Positions 22,723 to 32,937 of a stretch of 33,645 nucleotides of DNA are shown here, piece by piece. Within the stretch, counting starts at the first letter, position 1. Each line of letters starts with the position of its first letter. The translations under genes and the position numbers were made by a program. Under the pieces are notes generated by a model. It was not told the origin of the DNA. It was given only the letters and a program-made list of their open reading frames with translations, and made no database searches. This stretch comes from Catajapyx aquilonaris (taxonomy: Eukaryota), in assembly GCA_000934665.2 (NCBI GenBank), contig JYFJ02004254.1, positions 1-33,645 of the forward strand, given 5' to 3'.

Positions 22723-23013
22723 AAGTAGTGGGACACCCTGTAGCTTCAGTCCTAGTCTCAGGGATCTGCCAATCAATGTGGGCCGCTCCATCCATTGTTT
22801 TAGTTTTAAGAAAAGTTTTTTGGATGCAATCGTTTTAATATGTTTGGTCACGGGTGTAAGGATTGACCCAAAGGAGATGAGAACTTGGGCCATTATTCTG
22901 GGAAACTCACATGCAAATAAGGGGTGGATTCATAAAATGTTGTAAGTAAAATTTTTGTCGTAACTGGGCGTAACCATAGTTTGTTAATTATGACTGTTCG
23001 ACAAGGAAATATT

Positions 23014-23477
23014 AGGCGTATTCGGCAATTCAGATTTTCCTGAGATGGGTCACGTGATATCTGAGTTGTTAGCCCTGCCCCTCAGAAGATTATTGCCGAA
23101 TGGCCGAACTGAGAGACCCCCCTACCCGCCTGTGCTGCATCCCAGTGATATGCCAATGTTCGGGTATTTCGGTGCCGTATTTCGGACGCTTGCGGGTAAT
23201 GGTGCGGGTAAGATGAAAACGCGGGTAAAATCGGGTATTTTCAGGTCCTCTCGCGGGGTTTTGGGGCATTTTGCATTGGCAACACTGCTGCATCCATAAC
23301 AATAATTTGTTTGTTAATTGTTTCTCAGCAAGTAAGTCAGGTCAGGAGTACACTAAGTTCCTGAGCTTGGGAAGTCAGGTAGGGCGCATGTGCACTTACT
23401 TCAGGGGGCGTGGCACCTGATTTGCCGAACATCCAAACTGCCCAGGAAGTCAGATTCCTGAATTGCCGAATACGCCT
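23014..23477. mobile_element. MITE with 20-bp TIR and 3-bp ATT TSD (PIF/Harbinger-related)
   Basis: ATT-AGGCGTATTCGGCAATTCAG...CTGAATTGCCGAATACGCCT-ATT. Confidence 0.8.
23143..23287. mobile_element. 145-bp MITE with 8-bp TSD (hAT- or P-type)
   Basis: CTGCATCC-CAGTGATATGCCAA...TTGGCAACACTG-CTGCATCC; internal CGGGTA repeats. Confidence 0.8.
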
Positions 23478-23480
23478 ATT

Positions 23481-24262
23481 TTCTCAGGTAATAATATCTG
23501 TTTATATCAGGTTTCTTGCAGCTGATTCCAATTCTGCACTTAGAATTGTGCTGTCAGGCACAGTTTTTGAGATATGTCCTTTTAAAGTTTGGACCAGTTT
23601 ACTAGGGGAGTTTCCGAATCAAGTGAACCGAAATGTTTTTACATCATCTTGGATCTACCCAAGCAGGTTGGCATAGTGGATAAGGCGTCCGACTGCTAAT
23701 CGGGAGGTCCTGGGTTCGAATCCCGGGGCCGGAAACTCTGAACGTGGTTTTCTGTGGTTTCCCACGGTCCTTCCAGGAAAATTCCGGAGTTGCTTCCGTA
23801 ATTAATAGGCCACAGCCGCTTTCTTCCATCCCTATCCTATCCCAACGAGCGCAGTAAAATGAAAAGCAAAGAGTTCCAGACAAAACAAACTTCCCCCCTA
23901 AAGAGCCGATGGCTGATAAAGGGGTATGAATTATTATTATTATTATTATCATCTTGGATCTTGGTGAAAATAATCACAGATGCACAGACATGTACCGTAA
24001 TACTGCATGTCAAGTTTCAGCCACATTGCGCAATTCCATTGGGAGGGAAAAAATCGAGAAACTTTAAAAATGGCCGAAAATTAGGCCTTTTTTGGGGAAT
24101 TTTTTTCCAGTTAGTGGTATAGGTCAAAACCCAATGAACATGTATATCAAAAGAAAGAGAAACACCAGGAGAATGCACCTATGGAATTAGTTTTTCTCTA
24201 AAATGTAAATAAAATTTATTTTTACATTTCATTGGTCACTTGCTCAGACGCATGCCCAAGAA
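23481..24262 (+). mobile_element. Older, diverged relative of the arm of the 17858-19883 hAT-like element
   Basis: Aligns to ~18200-18662 (TTTACTAGGGG..TTTCCGAATCAAGTG, GGATCTTGGTGAAAATAATC, GGTCACTTGCTCAG..CATGCCCAAGAAT); split by SINE C; a further fragment at ~24870-24927. Confidence 0.75.
23657..23947 (+). mobile_element. tRNA-derived SINE, family C (tail type 2)
   Basis: Intact head TGGCATAGTGGATAAGGCGTCCGACTGCTAATCGGGAGGTCCTGGGTTCGAATCC; 14-bp TSD ATCATCTTGGATCT at 23643-23656 and 23948-23961. Confidence 0.9.
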
Positions 24263-24357
24263 TTAGGACCCCGACAATTAGTGATGTATTTGCGATACAT
24301 CAAGTATTTGGTGTCACTGGTTGTGACCAACCCCCGGACACTACCCCTATAATCTTA

Positions 24358-24665
24358 TCTTATCGCCTGACGGGGCATTTTGCACGAGACACTTACTTGA
24401 GATCGCCATGAGACTGCCTTTCACTGCTACATTATGTGGCGACACTACCGGACCGCTCTGAACTTTATAGGTACAAAAGGGAAGCGCTACATTGGGGGAC
24501 CCAACATGGTCGCCGGCGGCCATGTTGGGCCCGCATGTAGCGGCTTCCCTTCTACCTAAGTTCAGCGCGGTCTGGTAGGGTCGCCACATAATGTAGCAGT
24601 GAAAGCTGTCTCATAGGTGCTCTCAAGTGAGCACTTCATGCAAAACACCCCGGCAGGCGATAAGA
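24358..24665. repeat. Imperfect GC-rich inverted repeat (old MITE)
   Basis: TCTTATCGCCTG...TTTCACTGCTACATTATGTGGCGAC inverted at ...GTCGCCACATAATGTAGCAGTGAAA...CAGGCGATAAGA; no TSD resolved. Confidence 0.7.
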
Positions 24666-25236
24666 CGGAGTGGCCAGACCTTCGTATTCTAAGACCATGG
24701 TTGTGACTGACACAAGGTTCAGTATATTAAGTTTGAGGCCTGGGTCATGCATGGTTCTCCAGAAAATAATAAATATGGTTTGCAGATGTAGCATTAATTT
24801 CACTGTTCTACAAAAGACTTTTGTGTTCTTTCTGAAGAATGTGAATAGTGATTCCTATAGTACTTTCTGCGCTGATTTCATATCTGCACTTAGAATTGCG
24901 CTGTCCGGCACAGTTTTCGAGAGATACTGCATTTTACTGCATTAGTAATTCACATATCTTATTAGCATTCACATATTTGCAATTCTATATCCAGCAACTG
25001 ATTCAGCAGGAGGGGATGGGTGGGTGGAGTAGGGGGAAGGATTGAGGTGTTAGAGGAGAAGGCCCTGACAGCAACCAAATCAGTAGTTCCTCCTCCCACC
25101 CACCAGAGGCACTGCCTCCTCCCATTGCGCCATCGCAGAACTGTGGCCAATTGGAAGTGTGGCAAAAACACAGGGGCCAATGGGAAGCTTCAGTCATACA
25201 GTGTGATCTTGACTGTGATTTTAATAGTATAGATAT

Positions 25237-25484
25237 CTGGACAGCACAGTGGTGTAGTGGTTAGCGCCACAGCTTTCCATCTCTGAGGTTCCGAGTTCGA
25301 TCCCCGGATTGGACAGAGGATACTTACGTGGATAATATTTTGATGGGTTCTCTCCATGTTCGCATGGGTTTTCTCGGGGTTCTCCCATTTCCTCCCACAA
25401 TCAAAATCCATCGGCTAGGCAGAAACTAGTTGTCGCTGGCTACCCCATTTATGGGATTATGCCGTGATGTATGTATGTATGTAT

Positions 25485-25527
<43 letters not shown>
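25237..25527 (+). mobile_element. tRNA-derived SINE, family B, V-domain-like core, (ATGT)n(ATT)n tail
   Basis: A-box TGGTGTAGTGG, B-box AGTTCGATCC; core TTCTCTCCATGTTCGCATGGGTTTTCTCGGGGTTCTCCCATTTCCTCCCACA; 11-bp TSD AGTATAGATAT at 25226-25236 and 25528-25538. Confidence 0.85.
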
Positions 25528-25568
25528 AGTATAGATATGCAATTCAATTAATGTGCTCCATTTCACAG

Positions 25569-26230
25569 GTCACAGATCCTGGGTGTCAGTGGTGGCATTT
25601 GACCCATTTGCATCATCCGACTATCACCCTCTTGGAACATCCTCGAGTGGCAGCAGTAGTGCTTCATTCTATCGCCTGGGGTCAGTGGGTCAAGACACCC
25701 AACTGTGTCTGTGGGACTTGACATGGGATCAGCTTCGAGCAGGAGGATCATCCCGTACACGCACCTGCTCTTCCTCATCCGCTACCGTGATAGGAACCTC
25801 TTCCTCATCCCCTTCCAACCAGTGTGACGGAGGCGCCAATGCATCTCCTGCCCCCACTCCGATCCCAGCTCCACAACCCCAGGTGGCAGTTACCCCTCCA
25901 ACTTCATCTTTATCACAGAGGCTGGCCAGTCTTGGGTTCAACAAAGACAAAGATAAAAGTTCAAGTAGTTCAGGCGACTCTTCTAAAGGGCGGGGCAGTG
26001 GAAGTGCGATAGGTGGAGGGTCGTCGTCATCATCCTGTTCAGAGGATCCTTTGAGGCTGATTGGTACAGCATCATGTCCAAGGCTTGAGGAATGCCCTCT
26101 GTTGGAGCCCCTGGTTTGTAAGAAGGTGGCACATGAAAGGCTGACTGCCCTGGCTTTCAGGGAGGACTGCTTGGTTACTGCCTGTCAGGATGGATATGTC
26201 TGCACATGGGCCAGACCTGGAAAGGTGCTT
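25569..26230 (+). CDS. WDR20: WDR20 coding exon 4
   Basis: Acceptor ttcacag|GT completes GHRSWVSVVAFDP; YRLGSVGQDTQLCLWDL...PLLEPLVCKKVAHERLT...CLVTACQDGYVCTWARPGKVL; donor CTT|GTGAGT (alternative in-frame GT at 26225). Confidence 0.93.
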
Positions 26231-26860
26231 GTGAGTATCAACACAGATGTAATATGCACATGATTTTAAAATGTACGGGAAGTGACTGTTTATGCTGGTA
26301 TTTGATTCCAGCAACACAGCAGAGTAAAGTGAATCAGTGTAAAACTAGACAGAAGACTAATATATGATATATATCCCCCCCCCCCCATCAAACCCCAAAA
26401 TCTAGGAGATGGAGGTATAGCTGCTGGTAGCGAAGGGGTTAAAAAGAACTGAAATAATAGCAAAAATATTTCCTTCAGTAATAGAAAAGAGTAATAAAAC
26501 CTCCATGGAGGAATAAAAGTACTGAAACAAGGCAGGCGCACGTAAGACCTTCACCAATTGATTGAGCTGTACCAACTCAAGCAATTCCAAAATGAATTCT
26601 TATAAAGTACTGATATTCTTTTTGAAAACAGTTAAATGTGCCACTCCATATAAGTGTATTTTCTCCTTGAACCCTTGCCCAGGGCGCAATTTGCATTAGG
26701 GCCAGCCCTGTCCACAGCACTCAATGTGAACCGAGCCTTGGGCAAACCACCCCCTCAGACCTCATTTGGCATCCACCTTGGGCTCTGTAACAAAAGTGTA
26801 GCCTTATTATTGGTGCAATGGAAGCTTACCTGGTTGTAACTGTTGACTTTCTCATTACAG

Positions 26861-26962
26861 GGTCAATTGAGTAGTGGTCACCCTGGAGGCCCTCCAAACA
26901 GTCCCAACCCAATGGTAGGGGGTGCAGGAGGTGGAGGTGGGGGAGGAGGGACTGTGGTATAG
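26861..26962 (+). CDS. WDR20: WDR20 terminal coding exon 5 (absent from ORF track)
   Basis: Acceptor ctttctcattacag|; GQLSSGHPGGPPNSPNPMVGGAGGGGGGGGTVV*; resembles my recollection of the vertebrate WDR20/DMWD C-terminus (SS...NSP..GTVV). Confidence 0.82.
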   Translation, partial: GQLSSGHPGGPPNSPNPMVGGAGGGGGGGGTVV

Positions 26963-27665
26963 CACAGGTGGTGCTGGTACCCCATTACCCAAACAGACCC
27001 AAAGAGGAGGAGTCCCGGTGCTCCAAGGCTGTGAAATGAAAAGACCTGGCAACATAGTAGCAGAAGCAAGAAGGCAAATAATAAGTAAATATAAGACACC
27101 TAACAATAATAACGAATGGGCACACTAAGGGACATGAATCTCAATGGCCGGGACTTCAACTTGCCAAAAAATTAATGCCTAATAATAAGAATATTGATGA
27201 TGATGATGTGAAAAGAGAGAAAATGTTTGAGATAAACTATTGCTTATGTGGACAAGTGTGTTGAGGTCCTCGAGTGACTTGTAAATATGTATTTGTTTTC
27301 CCACCTGCCTGTCCTGTGCTCCTTGTTTCCTCGCCGTTTGTGTATAGTGTCCTTCCCCAATGACAGAAAATAATCAAGAAAAATATATTAATAGTGAGTG
27401 ATGCTTACGTTTACATGGTGCTGATGATTTTTTGACAGCTTCATCCTACCTAGACTATTGTTTATTCCACATTCCTGCCAGTTGTACTTTGTCATTGTCA
27501 AACATGCGGTGTGGATGAAATTTGAAATATAAAAGATGGTAAGCCTATGTTGCTGTACAGTAGCTGGAGCATTACAAGTCTTGTTACTAATAGTTGCTTT
27601 ATTTTCTGCCAGCACCCTCTTCATTTTTGTTTACAGGAAGTTGAGTGTGTGTTGAGAAATAAATA

Positions 27666-27815
27666 CCATATTTGCTCAAATCTAAGACGCACTTTTTGTC
27701 TTTCAAAAATACTGGAAAAAATGGGGTATGTCTTAAGAGTGATGTACAACACATTCTTCCATAGCTAACATATTACTTAAAACTAGGGGTGCCACTTAGA
27801 TTCGAGTAAATACAG
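27666..27815. mobile_element. Degenerate pogo/Tigger-type MITE
   Basis: CCATATTTGCTCAAATCTAAG...CTTAGATTCGAGTAAATACAG imperfect TIRs; a similar right end at ~1481-1508. Confidence 0.55.
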
Positions 27816-28057
27816 CATAGCCTGGGTGTCATTTGGAACACCTTTTGGCACCATCACCAACTGGTTCCAGTAGGCACCAAATTTGGTGTCAAACTGGTGT
27901 CCTGATAGGGTAGTTATCAAACAAATTACGGTATAGGTACCGTAAAACGGGGTGAGGATTTTCTGGTTAAACTGTTAAATACCGGTAAGTTATTCCAAGT
28001 TTGGTTTACACTGATGTGGCACCGTTGTTGAGCTGCTTCTGTATACTGGTCATTTAA

Positions 28058-28363
28058 ACCAAAGCAGTGGTAGCGGAGGGGATATGGTATCCGACTGCTA
28101 ATCGGGAGGTCCTGGGTTCGAATCCCGGGGCCGGCAACTCTGACCGTGGTTTTCTGTGGTTTGCCATGGTCCCACCAGGACAATTCCGGGGTCGTGTCCG
28201 TAATTATAGGCCACAGCCGCTTCCTTCCGTCCCTAGCCCATCCCCAATATGGAAGTAAAAATGCAAGAAAGAGTTCCAGACAGAAAAAATATGCTGGTAT
28301 CCCCCCCAAGAGAGCCCATGGCTCTAGCACAGGGTACAAATTATTATATATATATTATTATTA
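28058..28363 (+). mobile_element. tRNA-derived SINE, family C (tail type 1)
   Basis: Perfect 16-bp TSD TATACTGGTCATTTAA at 28042-28057 and 28364-28379; closely similar to 10790-11079. Confidence 0.9.
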
Positions 28364-29796
28364 TATACTGGTCATTTAAGGGGTGTGGTGGGAAAAGGTG
28401 ACACCCCACAAAAGTGTAATTTTTCACGAGAGCTAATTGAAGTTTGCATTCTCTTCACAAATCATAGGGAATGCTGGTTTTGATCTAGTCCGTGTTGCTG
28501 TATTGTGCATGATACGTGAACTTGGAGGATACCAAACTGTTTGTCATGTCTAAAGACCTCACTAATTGATATAAGCTTTACCAATAGGTTTTACTCAAGC
28601 AATTCCCAATTTACTTCTCGCTCATAAAGTTAGTACCGGTATCCTTTATAAAAGCAGTCGATTCTCTCACTTCATTTGCAGCAGCTATATTATAGGAAAT
28701 AACGGCTGGGATGTAAAGAATAAGGGTGACATGATTCCAGGACGCCAGTTAATTGGCCGATTTGGACCTGGCTATCTTTGATGCAGACTATCTGGAGGCA
28801 CCTGGAGGACTTTGCCGCTAATAGTTTTGAAACCTCAAGTTTGAAATGCTCCAGTCCAGAGGTGGATTATGAATAAAAACGGTTTGTCTTATAGTGTATA
28901 TTGGTCAAGATAGGAAATACGAAGTGCATGATGGTGCCCATAACTAAGAAAATCGGAAAATTGGACTTGGCTATTTTTGATCTGGGTTGATCTTTATTGG
29001 TTTCCACAGACTTTTTACCCGGGAAACGGACTGCAAGCCCAAGATGATTTGGGAATAAAAATAGCATCTCCTTCGCTGCCACAGGCTTATCACAGGATAA
29101 ACCATTTTACATATAACTTAAAACCAAACTACCTTTACCTGATTCCATTCACAATTGTGGATTACCCATGAAAAAATTACTTTGACATCTTGACGATCAG
29201 GTTGACACATTATTCGGATCTTACAAATCCCATTACAGGTAACGCATCTTGGGAGGTGAGAAGGTCCAAATACAGCTGGCTCTGGCTGGCCAGCGGGCAG
29301 CAAATAGTTGACCCTCTCTGATGATCAGCAGCATCCCTGTCTGGATCACCCTGGCGCCGCCCCTGCTTTACATATATGAACTTGCAGGAAGGAAACAACC
29401 TCATGAATGGAATATGGTACTTTGAGTAACGTAGGTGTGCACGCCTATGAAAACCATCGTATCTCATCTCAATCACAAGTACAACGTATGATATTCAAAA
29501 TCCTGGCGGGTCATTTGCAGCGAAGAGCTTGTTGCCAGACGAACATATGGGACACACAACCTGCAACAGAAAGGTCCCTCTTATCTACATAATAAATAGC
29601 ATTAAAAAAGAGACATAGGAAAAATGAATTATTTTAAATAACTCGTCAGGTCGCCATTGTTAACACTTTTCCAGCTGTTGCCAGCGCCACCAGTCGTCTC
29701 GTAGGTAGGAGACTAGGAGAGAGGCATTTTGGCGGCTAGCTATACTAGGGTCTTTCCGGCGCTCTTTGTCTTTTCTGTTGCTCACGAGACTCCAAA

Positions 29797-29934
29797 ATGG
29801 CATGTGCTTTGGACGTACCAGTACAAGGTGGAGACGGAGGACAGACGTTCAAACTGGTGATGTTGAGTGGAAAGAAGCACACGGTAGTCCTAGACCTGGG
29901 GCATAACATGCTTGGCCGCGGCCCTCTTATGAAG
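29797..29934 (+). CDS. Probable first coding exon of an APLF/aprataxin/PNKP-family FHA-domain gene
   Basis: CAAAATGG Kozak context after a GC-rich promoter-like stretch; ...FKLVMLSGKKHTVVLDLGHNMLGRGPLMK ends in the 'LGRGP' motif of this FHA subfamily, immediately followed by donor AAG|GTAGGC. No second exon found in the window. Confidence 0.55.
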
Positions 29935-30655
29935 GTAGGCTTAACGGTCTGTTTGAAATTCGAATTAATGGGCGAGCCTTCCCGGCGTTTCTTTTTGTGT
30001 GGGTCAAGTAATGCTGACAATTCGACCATGGTTTTTGTACATTTGGTGCTCAGGTCCACTGGCAGGGTGAGTGGGAGGGAAGATCCAAGTGTCATTCGTT
30101 GGTCATTTTATGATTTCCCCAGGGTACCAATATTTAGTTTCCTTGGCACGTATGTTACTGCAGCAGGGCATTTCCACGCAAACACAGACATATTGTCCGT
30201 TCGTTACGCAGGTTTTGCAGACATGTACTAGAGTATTTAATTGTAACAATACACACATTGCATGAAATGGATTAGTATGCATACTTAATCCATTTCATGC
30301 AATGTGTGTATTGTTACAATTAAATACTCTAGTACATGTCTGCAAAACCTGCGCAACGAACGGACAATATGTCTGTGTTTGCGTGGAAATGCCCAGCACC
30401 ACTCTGCCTTTCTAAAAAAAATTGGACATAAAAATTGTGGAATGTTCCTGGTGCCTTCTGTCGTCATTAAAAAAAAGCAACTTGTACATCCATATTCATA
30501 CATACACCACTCAGATAACAAATACTTTCACATTTTAAAGTAATGTTGTTAGGAACAACTTCAACTGAACACAGCAAAATAAGTCATGCAACAGATCCTT
30601 CCATGGGTGCCTGCCCCTGTGAACTAACCTTCTACAGATTGGCATGGAACCACTT

Positions 30656-31636
30656 GAAGACCTCAGGAGAAAAAAAACGAGCAAGGTCCACTTTTTGTTA
30701 AAGATGAGTTACATATTCCATTGGATTGTTTGACTGGCGTAGAATATGATGCTTTGGTTGTTGTTGTGGTGAAATGATCATAGTTCGCTATTAGAGGCCC
30801 TGAAATATTTGGCATTGTTGGAAAAATTATCAAAGTCCACCACTTTTGGGGGGAAATTGATCAACATCCACCCTTGCACTTGGCGACAGTCAACTGTTTT
30901 TGCAAATGTGGGGCAAAATAATAACTACACAATCATCAGAAGTCCCATGTATTATGCTTTAGTTGTTTGTGCATAGGTCTTAACAATCCAAGTGACATTT
31001 CCCATTAGAGTTCACAGTTACATGGAGTATAGTGTGACAAAGATTTTGACTTGATAAACCAGCGTTCTGAAACGTTTGTTCCTTCCGATTGGGCCACGAT
31101 TTTTGCAGATGCACGTCGAAAGCTGAATCCTTTTTCCGTAATTCATACCTACAAAAACTCTGTCTCCAAATGCCCATTTCCTATTCAGAAATGCAGAGAG
31201 TAGAAGATCCTTGAAAGCGAACCCAAGCTCATCTTTTACGGGAACACTTTTGATGGGCCGTGGGGAGTGTTTATTGTTATGAAGAGGCATGTAGCACCTT
31301 CCGGTCAGTCTCGTGAAATGGGTAGTTGTCACCAGGGCTACTGCCAATTTCGCAAGTGAAATAAAATGATTTGCAGAGACTCATGCCAACATTTCTATGT
31401 GGACCTGCCCTTTGCCACATGTGGTACTGATGTCGATAGATAAAAACCTATGCTGACAACAGTATTGGTTTTAATTGTTGCATGTACCCCATGGTATGTG
31501 TATGTACCATTAATAATGACTTTCAAACCAACGTTGGGATGTACACAAGAATTGTGGCGAGTCTGCAAAGTTTGAAATTGCAATATCTCAGTTTCACATG
31601 AGATGGACCTTGATCGTTTTTTCTCCCGAGGTCTTC
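30656..31636 (+). mobile_element. Internally deleted Sola1 DNA transposon
   Basis: ~33-bp TIR GAAGACCTC(A/G)GGAGAAAAAA..CGA(G/T)CAAGGTCCA; contains transposase relic; shares ends with the 2937-3189 MITE. Confidence 0.82.
30884..31410 (+). pseudogene. Decayed Sola1 transposase, C-terminal half
   Basis: Broken frames give GQNNNYTIIR, QVTFPIRVHSYME, KDFDLINQRSETFVPSDWATIFADARRKLNPFSVI, KCPFPIQKCRE*, ISQVK*NDLQRL, matching Sola1 GQNxN and GHSxxxCDxDF motifs. Confidence 0.78.
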
Positions 31637-31834
31637 AACCGGGTACCGGGTCCCAAACCGGGTCAGGGAACAAGGGAGGGTCTGCACAGCACAGCCATTG
31701 TAGCCACACTGATGGGATCTTCTATGGCGAAAATAACAAAAAAGCGACGAGGACACATCACCACTATTGGAAAGCATATTTAGTGGGCTTCCCAACAGTG
31801 TATATTAATTCCTGCACTTGAAGGGGAGGTGATA

Positions 31835-32937
31835 CTGACAAGGGAAGGTCACGGGGTGATAATGACGGATCGTGATGAAATTTAACATGCTAATACAGGA
31901 CAATATATGATATCCAAAAATGAAATATTTCGTGCGGAACCCCATATTTGCAAAAGTTATGACATCTTAAAGTTCCAAAAATAATACATTTTCATACTCC
32001 ATGGGATTACATTAGCGACCACATTATAATGACATTGAAGTGTGTAATCAGTTTCTAGAACTTTTCTCATCGGAAAAAGTCCTACAGAACGGCTCTGGTC
32101 GTCCGTCCGTCCGTCTGTGGACATGTATCAAGGCCTAAACCGTAAGAGATAGCGACAAACGGTTTTCATATTCGGATTGAGCGTGACCAAAATAGGTTTC
32201 ATGGTCAACTTCTGGTGACCCGCCACTTCCGCTCTTCCGGGTTCACTCTATCCGCACAAGTCTACTTTACGGGCGGGTTATCGTTGGATTTCGAAGTTAG
32301 TTTCTGTGTATTCCTGACCGTGTTTTTCGGGGATTTACTCCGGGTTTTACCTGACTCTCTGGCACAGGGGCCGTGGAATTTATTCCTGACGTTGGATGTT
32401 TGCAATGAGCGTCATCGGCCGCCATGATGTTATCGCCCAAGCCGATACTGGAATCGATATGTTGCCTAGGTTACGATATATCGATTCACATGCTCCCTGA
32501 AAGAATGAGAAAAGGTCTCATCGAATCACGCTCACGTGAGGTAAAACCCGGAGTAAATCCCCAGAAGATTACCATGAAACCTATTTTGGTCACGCTCAAT
32601 CCGAATATGAAAACCGTTCGTCGCTATCTCTTACGGTTTAGGCCTTGATACATGTCCACAGACGGACGGACGGCCAGAGCCGTTCTGTATGACTTTTTTC
32701 CGATGAGAAAAGGTCTAGAAACTGATTACACACTTCAATGTCATTATATGTGGTCGCTAATGTAATCCCATGGAGCATGAAAATGTATTATTTTTGGAAC
32801 TTTCAGACGTCATAACTTTTGCAAATATGGGGTTCCGCACGAAATATTTCATTTTTGGGTATCATATATTGTCCTGTATTAGCATGTTAAATTTCATCAA
32901 GATCCGTCATTATCACCCCGTGACCTTCCCTTGTGAG
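31835..32937. mobile_element. Foldback element with ~380-bp TIRs, TA TSD
   Basis: TA-CT(G/C)ACAAGGGAAGGTCACGGGGTGATAATGACGGATC inverted at both ends; arms carry (GTCC)n/(GGAC)n microsatellite. Confidence 0.88.

Larger units (their letters stand above)
20166..22740 (+). mobile_element. Tc1/mariner element with ~170-bp TIRs and multiple nested insertions
   Basis: TA-CAGGGTGTCCCACTACTTACTTTACCC termini; left TIR resumes at 21845-21965 after the piggyBac-like insertion; right TIR split by a SINE. Confidence 0.82.

Noticed and set aside
23661..23735. tRNA-Ser(GCT)-like gene
   Set aside because: No acceptor stem or long variable arm; continues into SINE body with TSD and five copies, so it is a SINE head.
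26960..27034. Stop-codon readthrough of WDR20 (TAG-C, 23 further codons)
   Set aside because: Context is weak, no conservation evidence, and readthrough would mask the TVV terminus.
29315..29365. CTGATGA motif (hammerhead core or snoRNA C box)
   Set aside because: No GAAA after a stem II and no suitably placed CTGA D box with terminal stem.
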